From assembly GCA_946965045.2 (NCBI GenBank), contig OX337233.1, positions 3,162,001 through 3,226,000 on the forward strand: a stretch of 64,000 nucleotides of DNA, in the 5' to 3' direction. This document shows, piece after piece, positions 22,013-32,100 of this stretch. The first letter of the stretch is position 1. Every line of letters begins with the position of its first letter. Under the pieces are notes generated by a model. It searched no databases. It saw only the letters and a list, made by a program, of their open reading frames with translations, and was not told the DNA's origin. This DNA is from Epithemia pelagica (lineage: Eukaryota; Protista; Bacillariophyta). Made by a program: the position numbers and the translations under genes.

Positions 22013-25000
22013 ATGACGACATCTTTGACTCCGCAACCACCACGGGTGGAATCCATTCCGGATGCTCCACTGTGGAGTGAAGAAGATGCCCTTGTATGGC
22101 AACAACAAGATGACAACCACGAAGAGTACCATGGGGAGGATCCGTTGAGGACGACAAGTCACCCGGTTTCACAACAACAACAAGAAGAAGAACAGCCACG
22201 AGAAGACCCAGAAACAGACGAAGTACGGACCAATCCCAGTGCCATGCCAGACGACTCTTGGACGACGAATGCTGCTGCTTCACGTCGTCCTTCGACTCCC
22301 ACCAACTCACCACCCCAACGGCAATCCTCCTCGGTTCGTCGACGACGAAGCAGTGCGGCGCGCTGTTCCTCTCTCTATGCCTGGGCCTCGTTGGGAGCGG
22401 CCCTTCTCGCCATTCTCTGTAGCAGTCCCATTCCTCCGACCAGTAGCATCACATTCGACCACAAAGTCATGGAACCACCTATATCATCATCATCTTTATC
22501 ATCCTCATCATCACCCTTGGAGGACTGGACGACGACGACGAAACCATCCCCAACCACAACACCATCCACGGAGGCACCAGTATTGCCCTTTGACTCATCC
22601 TCATCATCATCGTCTCCTGTGCCAAAGACGACCGTACCACAGTGGTCCTCATCGTATTACTACATGGCCACCGTGGCCGATACCATTTCCTCCGTGTGGC
22701 CAAGTTCCTCCCTATTATCCTCGTGGTGGTGGTGGTTGGCTCCCTCCCATCCGTCCCAACCACTAGCAGCAGCAGCACCTCAACAATCACAAGAAAACAA
22801 AGAAGAAGAACAAGATGGTACCAACCAGCCACCGGCCGCCGCAGTACCCAACCACCAGTCTCCCGCAGGGACGACCGAGCCCATTCCATCCTTCCAACAA
22901 CTTCCAACAACAACAACAACGAACACCTCTTGGATGCAACGACTGTTGGCCATGGTACAACCGACCCGCCAGGACTTGCAGCTCCTGATGCTCGCCTATC
23001 CCACAACGGCTGCCGTTGCTCAGAAACCTGCAGTCACCACCGATGCCTCAACACCACCAAAGGAGGAGCATACCACGAAACCAACGGAACCGATCCGTCC
23101 TACTATGAAGCACAAGGACAACCACCCGGCAGGCTCCTGCTCCGCCAAGACTCCCACAACAACAACAACAACAACAGCAACGACTCGGTCGTTTGCGGCA
23201 GCTCCATCCTCTTCTTCTTCTTCTTCTTTTCCCAAGCGATGGTGGCAGTCTTCTCTCGGATGGTTATTGTTTCACCAGGACAACTACCACAACCACAAGC
23301 ATCCACAACAAAAACAACAACAAGAACATTCTTCAAAACAACACCAACAACAACAACCACCACCGCCCCTCGTTGAAACTGCCACTGCACAGGACGCAAA
23401 CAAGAACCACCAAAACAAGGTTGGGACAACGACACGGGACGGAGTTTGGAATGCCGTCGCAAGTTTGTGGGGTGGTGGTACGACGAGCCGTCCCAAACAT
23501 GAGGCGACACACCATTTCCATGCAAATACCGATGGTAGCAAGGACAAGGAGGCCCAAGTCACCACACCCAATCCTAATCGTAGTAAGAATACGACAACGA
23601 CAACCGCCAAGAAGGAACCAGACATGGTGGTGTCATCCACAACAAAGGAGCAGCAACCGTCGACCACGACCGAATCGTTGTCTGCTGGATCGTGGTATAC
23701 CCATTGGTCGTCCGCCGTATCCACCCTCGTGTGGCTTCCAATTGTGGATCCCGTCTTGTTTTCCTCGTCGTCACATGAGGAAAAAGAAGACTGGTGGAAT
23801 CATTTGGCCACCAAAATTTTGACCAGCACACCACGATTGTTGGCCATTGCCAATTTTTTGTTGGCCCTGACCTACATGCTGCATACCGCCGTGGCCGATT
23901 GGTTCTTGGGGGGAGGAGGAGGTCACAGAGCTTCCACCACCACAGCACCACCCCGTCAAGGACCACAATCGCCCCCCGTGGGTGGTGACGGAATGGACGC
24001 CGCCGATCCAATGGGTGCCACCACCACCAACATGAATCAAAACAATGGAGCCCATCATCACATGGCCCTGTTGGAAACGGGACGGGAAAAAATGGGAGGC
24101 TTTTTGGTCTTTAAATTACTCCTGGTATCGGCCGTGATTACACCCGATACCTTGGATTTGCTCATCCTCTTGTCCTGGTATACCCTCTTGGCCTTTTTAC
24201 GCTCCCTCGCGCACTTGTGTGCCAATGCCGTTCAACATGCGTCAGCGGCCGGACAAGAACCGGCCGCCGGTGTGTGGCAATTGCTCGTGTTGATTTGGAT
24301 GAGCAATTGGGTGGCAGCCGCCACCTGTGTCACCCTCTTGTTTACGGAAACCGGTCTCGGTATGGTCTTGCTCTTGACTTGCGATTGTGCCTTGACGGCC
24401 GTCCATGTCTTGGCCTACCTCCTGCAACATGTCCAAGCCACGTGGGAAATTCAACATGCCGCGACACTCCAACAACTCGAAGAAGAATCACAAGATCCAC
24501 AATTCTTCGTTTTGGGACGACGCCACGACCAAGGGCAAACTGCGCAACACCAACAACAAGAAGAAGAAGAACGTCGACAAGACGTGACACGACAAATTCA
24601 ATCCTTGGAGGAACGACACAATCATTGCGTATCACTCTTGGAAGGGACCGTCTTTTGCCTTCAACTCTTGGGAAATTTGATTACCGTGTGTCATTTTCTT
24701 CATATTTGGTCCTGGCACGGTGTCCAATTTACCTTGATTGATGGTGTCTTGGCCTTGCATTTGCATTCCGCCATTAGCAGTGCCTCCCAAAAAATTGCCC
24801 AACGACGCAATTTGAATCGGATTGCCCGTGATTTGGACCATGTCTTTAGCAATGCCACACCGGAGGAATTGCACAAGGCGGCCATGGCCGGTGATGTCTG
24901 TTGTGTTTGTTTGTGTAGCATGACGTGCAGCAACAAGGTGAAAAAGGTGGCCTGTGGACACTTGTATCATACCTCATGTCTCCGCGAAGTTGTGGAACGG

Positions 25001-25834
25001 TCCCGATCCCTCGAAGCCGCACGCTGTCCCCTCTGTCGAGCCTCCCTCTTGGATGGTCAGTATCACACGCACAACCATCACAACAACAACAACAACAACA
25101 ACACTCCTACAATGACGAATACCAACAACAACGAGAACAATGATGAACCAATGAATACTAACAATACTACGAATACGACAAACAACAACAACAACAACAA
25201 CAACAACAATACCATGGGAAACCGTGGAGTGTTGGACGGAGCCATTTTGGCGTCGGGCTTGGACACTAATACGACGGTCCACAACCCTCCTCCTGCTCCC
25301 ACGGACGCACTTCCACAAGCACAGGATCAAGCCCTTTTTCGAATTTCCACCGAAGGCATTGTCCCTTCTTGGATACCCATTCATATTCCATCCTTTTCCT
25401 TTGAAGTGGTACGTCGAGCTCCCTCTCCACCACTGGTAGCGGAACCACCACCAGCACCCGCAACTACGACTGCGGCTGCTGCACCACCATTGTCCAGCAG
25501 CAGGCCCCATAGCCACACTCCCCATGCGACCATCCATGCGACCGAAACAGACAATGACAACACCAATCACCAGAACGTCGACGCCACTGAACCACAGTCC
25601 CCCACCACCACCACAGCGTCGTCCTTGTTTCGTCAATGGTTGGTCGTGGCGGGAGCCCTGTCCATGTCACCGGAAGAAGAATCCGTGGCCTTGGAACAAT
25701 TGGTGGACATGTTTCCCCAATACGATCGTGCCGAATTGCAACGGGCTTTGCGCGAACCGGGTGCTTCCGCCGAACGGGTCGCCGAACGCATCTTGTCGTC
25801 GGCACCACCACCACCACCCGCCACACCATCATAA
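22013..25834 (+). CDS. HRD1/AMFR(gp78)-like multi-pass RING-H2 E3 ubiquitin ligase with C-terminal CUE domain
   Basis: Multiple TM helices; RING C-x2-C...CGHLYHTSC...CPLC; CUE LEQLVDMFPQYDRAELQRAL...AERVAERIL; long low-complexity N-terminus. First ATG at 22013. Confidence 0.85.
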   Translation: MTTSLTPQPPRVESIPDAPLWSEEDALVWQQQDDNHEEYHGEDPLRTTSHPVSQQQQEEEQPREDPETDEVRTNPSAMPDDSWTTNAAASRRPSTPTNSPPQRQSSSVRRRRSSAARCSSLYAWASLGAALLAILCSSPIPPTSSITFDHKVMEPPISSSSLSSSSSPLEDWTTTTKPSPTTTPSTEAPVLPFDSSSSSSSPVPKTTVPQWSSSYYYMATVADTISSVWPSSSLLSSWWWWLAPSHPSQPLAAAAPQQSQENKEEEQDGTNQPPAAAVPNHQSPAGTTEPIPSFQQLPTTTTTNTSWMQRLLAMVQPTRQDLQLLMLAYPTTAAVAQKPAVTTDASTPPKEEHTTKPTEPIRPTMKHKDNHPAGSCSAKTPTTTTTTTATTRSFAAAPSSSSSSSFPKRWWQSSLGWLLFHQDNYHNHKHPQQKQQQEHSSKQHQQQQPPPPLVETATAQDANKNHQNKVGTTTRDGVWNAVASLWGGGTTSRPKHEATHHFHANTDGSKDKEAQVTTPNPNRSKNTTTTTAKKEPDMVVSSTTKEQQPSTTTESLSAGSWYTHWSSAVSTLVWLPIVDPVLFSSSSHEEKEDWWNHLATKILTSTPRLLAIANFLLALTYMLHTAVADWFLGGGGGHRASTTTAPPRQGPQSPPVGGDGMDAADPMGATTTNMNQNNGAHHHMALLETGREKMGGFLVFKLLLVSAVITPDTLDLLILLSWYTLLAFLRSLAHLCANAVQHASAAGQEPAAGVWQLLVLIWMSNWVAAATCVTLLFTETGLGMVLLLTCDCALTAVHVLAYLLQHVQATWEIQHAATLQQLEEESQDPQFFVLGRRHDQGQTAQHQQQEEEERRQDVTRQIQSLEERHNHCVSLLEGTVFCLQLLGNLITVCHFLHIWSWHGVQFTLIDGVLALHLHSAISSASQKIAQRRNLNRIARDLDHVFSNATPEELHKAAMAGDVCCVCLCSMTCSNKVKKVACGHLYHTSCLREVVERSRSLEAARCPLCRASLLDGQYHTHNHHNNNNNNNTPTMTNTNNNENNDEPMNTNNTTNTTNNNNNNNNNNTMGNRGVLDGAILASGLDTNTTVHNPPPAPTDALPQAQDQALFRISTEGIVPSWIPIHIPSFSFEVVRRAPSPPLVAEPPPAPATTTAAAAPPLSSSRPHSHTPHATIHATETDNDNTNHQNVDATEPQSPTTTTASSLFRQWLVVAGALSMSPEEESVALEQLVDMFPQYDRAELQRALREPGASAERVAERILSSAPPPPPATPS

Positions 25835-27070
25835 AATACTTGTTATAGAACGAACGAATGAACGAACGAACGAGAGTGCGTGTCAGTTTCGAATCATGTG
25901 GTTGGTGGGTGTGGAATCCACCCTCACTACACAACAGCCGAGACACTGTCCAACTCTCCATCCAATGGTGGTTCTTTTGCCCTACTCACACACGAATGCT
26001 AGTACTTTTTCATGTTTCTTATAAATTCTCGTTGTCTCGTTTCACGAACTGGAATCGTCTGGAGGCCCAAAAGTGTTTGGCGTAGAAACTGTCCACACAT
26101 ACATACACACTACCAACGCTCTCTCCGCCACCATTTTATACATAGAGAGAGAACCATCACAGAACGGATTCTCCTGTTGTGGAGAATCCAGAGAAGAATG
26201 TAATTGATCAGACTTCCCACCTAGGTAGTAGGTAGATACCAGTACCTAGTATTCCCATACCTGTGTCTTTGGAGATTGTGCTGGTTTCTGCATTGATTGT
26301 GAAGGAGAAAATATCTCAATGCATGGCGATACCGGCGTGGGTGCGTCCACCACCACTATTTGGAGGATCATGATGCAAGGGGTCACCACTGGAGAGATCA
26401 AACCATTCGTCCGAAGTAAGAAAGAGGATAGACGAGTAGGTGGTTGAGATTGGATCTAATAATAACAACATGTCGTCTTTGGATGGCCGCAACGAATTCC
26501 CTAGAAAATCCAAAATTCCGAACCACATGGAGTGGTCGCGTTTGTAGGGGTGTGATTTTGGTGTGACCGCAACACCCTCTAGCCCCAGACACCATCCTGA
26601 AATTTTCATAGACCCAAGCCCCCCAAAAAATAGGCCTGCTATTGCCCTCCTGAACGCATGCCTGCCCAAATTTCCAAAAAGGCTTTTAATTATTTAACAG
26701 TTTGCGCGCCAGCCCCTCACGCCAAGCCCCACCCAACACCCAACACCCAACCAAACAATTCACAGAGTGAGCAGCTGGTATTCCCCCATTTTCGGTGGTT
26801 GTGTTCGCACGGCGAAAAAAGACACAAGAAAAACCCACAACAGGGACACCTACGAAAATTGTTACCGATGGCCAGTTGAACGTGTAGCCCAATAAGTATT
26901 AAGAGCTCTACTTCCAAACATCGCCTAATACGGAGCGGGCCATATCAACAAGAAAAATACTTATTATGGTTCCTGATAGTAACTAGAAAGTTAACGTTTA
27001 TTCTGCCACCTTAACGGACTTACTGTTATGAAGAATATTTAATTTTGGTCTTGCAAAACCTACTTAACAT

Positions 27071-27244
27071 GTTTTCAGTCGTGATACCAGTTGTTTCCGT
27101 TGTTTCCGTTGTTTCCAGTCGTGATACCAGTTGTTTCCGTTGTGTCCAGTTGTTTCCAGTCGTGTTTCCGTTGTTTCCACGCTGTTTCCGTTGTTTCCAG
27201 TCGTGTGCCCGTTGTTTCCAGTCGTGTGCCCGTTGTTTCCGGTC
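27071..27244. repeat. Compound minisatellite built from GTTGTTTCC and AGTCGTG modules (array 1)
   Basis: Directly visible repeated GTTTCCAGTCGTG / GTTGTTTCC. Confidence 0.9.
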
Positions 27245-27850
27245 GCCGTTCGCATGAGACTCCTGGCCCAACGAGATTCAGGACTCCACTCATTTTCCTA
27301 TAGTAAACAATATGCGTAAAACCAACCAAGGCTCACCACTCACTCGATGGTGACGAGACGCTAGAACCTAGCACAACAATCAACCCGCCTCCTCTTTGCA
27401 TACGAACAGCTACTAATAGAGAGCATCAACCTAGTTGTACATGCACGTATGTGTCGTAGGCCATAGCTATCGTTTCCGCCGTCATTCATCTGTCTTCATC
27501 CATCCTCGTTCGCCATCCTCTCTTTTGCCTGCATCGATCCATTTGTCTTTGTCTTTCTTGATTGTCACCATGTCTACCAAGAGACTCAAGATTCCATGGA
27601 CGGTTGCGATGGCGGCTGAGTTGATTGTTGCGTTTGATGTTTGATTGTTTTGTTTTGTTTTGACGAAGAGCTGTTTGTTGCGTTCGCACGCCATTGTCGT
27701 TGATTGTTTTGTGTTCGATGTTGAATGTTGAATGTTGAATGCTCGTCAACGTCCAAGGATCATTCCACCAAAGCCCCCTACCGTGAGGATCCGAGTGCTT
27801 TTCAGCCAGAAAGTTCAGGATCTTTCTTGGGATCTTTCTTCGTGTATCCA

Positions 27851-28035
27851 ATGTTTCCAGTCGTGTATCCGTTGCTTCCAAGATGCTCCCAGAGTTTTCA
27901 GTCGTGTGTCCGATGTTTCCATGTTGTTTCCATTTGATTCCACTTGTTTCCATTGTTTCCAGTCGTGCTCCCACTTGTTTCCGATGTTTCCAGTCACGCT
28001 TCCAGTTTTGGCGATATGTTTCCACTCGTGTTTCT
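27851..28035. repeat. Degenerate second array of the same GTTTCC/AGTCGTG modules
   Basis: Same orientation and modules as 27071-27244, more diverged. Confidence 0.85.
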
Positions 28036-28538
28036 AGAAAAGTCATTAAATATATTGTTTACTCCTGTGTCGTAGAGGACTCTAATTCATGTCCTTGTTT
28101 CTAATGGCAATAAATAATAGAGTGTGTGTGGTTCGCATCTTCAGAAACATATCATCACCACTTATTGGGAAAACTCAATGCTTTTTAAATCCTTATCCTT
28201 ATAATAGGAAACAGTCATTTTGGCCACTGGGAACAATATTCGTAGGTGTCCCAGAAAAGGGAAGCCTTTCGGATATATCGTAGTTCAATGTTCCACAAGT
28301 ACAAAAGAAGCAAAAAGCAAAAAGCAAAAAGGATACCCACCATAACCATACACAGCAACTTCCGGTAATGGACTCAAAACGTACGAAATCTTTCTACTTT
28401 TCAGAGTATCGTCGCGATAAAACACCCGTTTTCATATTGCGTTATCACACACCAATAGCTGTGATATGATCATATTGGATACAGATTCTTTCGATATGAG
28501 GCAAGCATCCCGAGTCACGGATGTCGGGGGACATTGTA

Positions 28539-28821
28539 GATGTCGTTTATGTCTTTTGATGTCGTTTGATGTCGTTTGATGTCGTTTGATGTCGTTTGAT
28601 GTTTTTATCGCCAAAAGAATCTCTACTCTCCAGCAGTTCATATTATTCAACAGAAAAAACACGACTTACTGACGTTAGGCCCATGGCGAAAGACATTTCA
28701 AAAGGCCCATATGAGCACCGCTTGATTTTGACTCAAACCATGTTTCCGCGCGAGCCCGAAACGACATCAAACGACATCAAACGACATCCCTCACGACATC
28801 AAACGACATCCCTCACGACAT
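28539..28821. repeat. Inverted decamer arrays (GATGTCGTTT)n at 28539-28606 and (AAACGACATC)n at 28759-28821
   Basis: Exact reverse-complement units separated by ~150 bp. Confidence 0.9.
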
Positions 28822-29156
28822 TCCCGTTTGTTCCATACTAGAGATTGGAAAACCATCCTCTATGGTTTCATAATACGTATTTTGCATTAATATCGATCCG
28901 TTGTCGAAGAAGTTCTTGGTCTTATCCACTGGGTATTGCTAGCGGATACGGGACTCAAGGGTACTTACCGGAAGTTGCAGTGACAAACACGAACTCAACC
29001 CAGGGAAATTGCAACCAAGCGAAAAAAGATCTTGTTATTGTTCGACGAGAGAGAAAACAGAGCTTCTTATCGCACAAAAAGATTTGATATCGTTTTTGAA
29101 AGAAAAAGAAGAAGAAGAACTGATTGTTTGTGTGGGATTATTGTTGTTTGTTCACC

Positions 29157-32100
29157 ATGAGTGAAGAAGATCCAGACAAGAATGTCGAACTAGAAAAAGA
29201 AGAAGAAGAAGAAGAAGAAGAAGAAGAGGGCATGGAAGTCCAAGAACAGGCAGGTCCTCCTCCCGAAGAAGCACCCGAGACGTTGTCGTCGTCGAAGCAG
29301 CCGCAACAATGGGACAAGACCGAGATTCCTGTAGTTTCCTGGATGCGTCAATTCTCCTTTGTGGGACGCAAAAACTGGCTCTTGATTGTCCGACGACCCA
29401 TTTTGCTCGTCACCATGGTACGTGTTGGTTCGTTCAAAGTTGTTTTGTGAGTTTGTGTACCATCACAGGATGTTTGGCTCACAACTAATGCTATGGTCGT
29501 TTTCTGTGGTTCTTTTTTGTTATCTATTGATTAGCTCTTGAGTTCGGTCTTTTCCGTCTTGTTGGCGTGGAGTCAGGGAAGTGACGACACGGACAAAATG
29601 GATTTTGGTACAGTCCCCGTGGATACCTGTGGAACGGTCAATTACACCTTTTATGCACTCTATGACAATGGCACTCGTCGATCCTGGCAAGATCAAGAAC
29701 AAATTCCCCTTTCCTACAATGATGAATGGCGTGACGGCCAAAATGTGGCCATTATGGGTACGTAATGTGTGAATATCAAAAGGATATACTGTTCTTTTGT
29801 TGTTTTGTGAATATTGATAAGGATGGGAGCGAAGGATCCACCAAAATGACCGATAGTCTCATGGTCTGTTGTCTGTTTGTTACGATATACTGCCATGCTA
29901 CAGGTCTCGGCCCCTTGTTGTTGGCCATTTGTGTCTTTATCTACATGCAAATGGAGATTGAGACCAAAATGTTGGGTGTGCTGCGCGCCTTGGGCGTTCG
30001 AGAAAGTGTTTATTGGGTCAGTTGGTGGATTCCCTTTCTCATGATTTCCTTTGTCAATGCCATTTTGGGTGCCATTACGGCCAAGATTATTGAAAATGTC
30101 CACGTGTGGGCCGCCACCTCGTTTGGTCCCATTTTCGTTTCCCTCTTCTTCTTGAATGTAGCCCTGGTGGGCGGTTCCTTTTTGCTCGTGGCCGTGGCCG
30201 GTGGGACCAGGGCCTTGGCCGCCCTCTTTATCTTGGTCAACCGCCTGGATTCCCTATGCCGTCGTGTCTGGCAAGAGTGTCGTGTTGACCAGTCCAGGTT
30301 CCGTCAATGGTGGATGGAATAATCCACCCAATGGCTTGTTTTGGCTCAATGGCAATACGGTACGCCCTCATTTCTCTACGACGAGTATTCAATATGGATG
30401 TACAGCACACGGAGCATTAGGACTAACACCCTGCCTGTTTCTATCGCTCTTGCTCGTTATTTGTCTCTTTTTTTCAAAATAGTCCTATGCCACGACCAAT
30501 ACTATCCAAGATGAAAATTGGATCATTATTGGATACAATACCTCGTCGTGTCAAAGACCCCTCTTGTCCGAGTCGGAGGCGGAATTTTTGAAAACACCTG
30601 AAGAACGCATGGAAGTGTCGTCCGACGAATACTTTATGGGATGCTACTTCAATGCCGGATATTCCAGTTGGGCCTCCCTGGAGGTACGAACAACAGACCG
30701 CGCTGTTGGAGACTGCTGCTGCTGTGGTGATACTCACCATTGAATGTTTTCGTGATTGTTTTTCTATGATCAGAACGGTGGCTTTCTCAACTTTTTGTTG
30801 CATGCCATCCCGTACACGCAATTCATGTACACATGGGCCAACATTTTGGGATATACCGCCATGCATAATCGTGAATTTGAAATCAAACACATGTCCATGA
30901 GTGCCGAAACCTTGGCCCGTCGGGCCATCGATCCCTTGGACGAGGAGCTGAGTCAAGGAAGTTCCTTGTATTCGCAGGGTCCCATGTTGGATCGGTGGTC
31001 AGGTACCTCCGAGTATGACAGTTCCATCAATAATTGGCTCTTCAATTGTCCGGCCAGCAACCTTTCCGATGCCTTTTGTACGTCGTTAACGACATGCTAC
31101 GGGTCCACCGAAATTGACTCCTCCTTGACCAGTTCGGCCATGATTGGAGTGTTGCTAGCCTTCATGACCATTTATATGCTTCTGGGTGCCTACTGGATTC
31201 AAGTCTTTCCGAGTGGGGTAAGTGTCGATTGTCGATTCATGTGTTTGCAGTGTCTCTTGATAAGTTATTTTTCTATTGTCACCATGTCTAACCATCATCG
31301 CTGTGTGATCATTGAATGGGTATATGGTCGATTTTTCCGTCCTTTCTCAGAATGGAGCGGCTCAACCGTATTATTTCCCCTTTTTGAGCCGCTATTGGTT
31401 TGGTGGCGCACGGCCGAAACGAGATAATGTTCCTCATGGAGGAACCGGTGTGTCCACTTCTACCATTTCCAAGATTTATGGCGAAAACCATGCCGTAGAT
31501 TGTGTGGATGTTTCCTTGGCCGTGGGAGAAGTGACGGCTCTACTTGGTACGTCTCATGGAATCGTCCAATAGGGATGTCGGCGTAGTACTATGATACTCA
31601 CGGAAATTATGACTGTGAGCAGGGCATAATGGAGCTGGCAAAACAACTCTTTCTCATATGCTTTGTTGCGAAACGGAGCCCAGTGATGGATCTGCCTCGA
31701 TTTTCGGACTCTCGGCATCCAAGGACAAGTTTGTGGTCCGACAGCTGGTGGGTGTCTGCAAACAAGACGACTACTTGTACCCCAATTTGTCCGCGCGAGA
31801 ACACCTTGAGTTGTTTGGAGGACTTCGTGGCGTTCCGGATGCCGATCTTGGAGGTATGGTTCAGAAATGGCTCGAAAGTGTCGATCTCGATCTGGTTCAG
31901 AATGGTCATGCTGGTGGCTACTCTGGAGGTATGAAGAGACGCCTCTCTGTCGCTTGTTCGGTACGTACTAATATGCAGAACAGGATGTCCGGTATTTGAT
32001 GCTGTAATGTTGTGTTCTCATTCGATTGCAAATAGACGATTGGTGACAGACCCTTTATTGTTTTGGACGAGCCAACCACAGGAATGGATCCAGTCTCGCG

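Noticed and set aside
27570-27644. Mini-ORF MSTKRLKIPWTVAMAAELIVAFDV resembling a Myb/SANT-like start
   Set aside because: It stops after 24 codons and I found no convincing splice continuation.
27071-28035. GTTTCC arrays as CRISPR repeats, and the short ORFs over them
   Set aside because: No constant repeat plus unique spacer structure; the ORFs are repeat-generated stop-free frames.
30235-30274. 40-nt GT..AG intron that would rescue the ABCA copy 1 frame
   Set aside because: Poor donor (GTCAAC), shorter than the other introns here, and the segment is homologous to coding sequence in copy 2.
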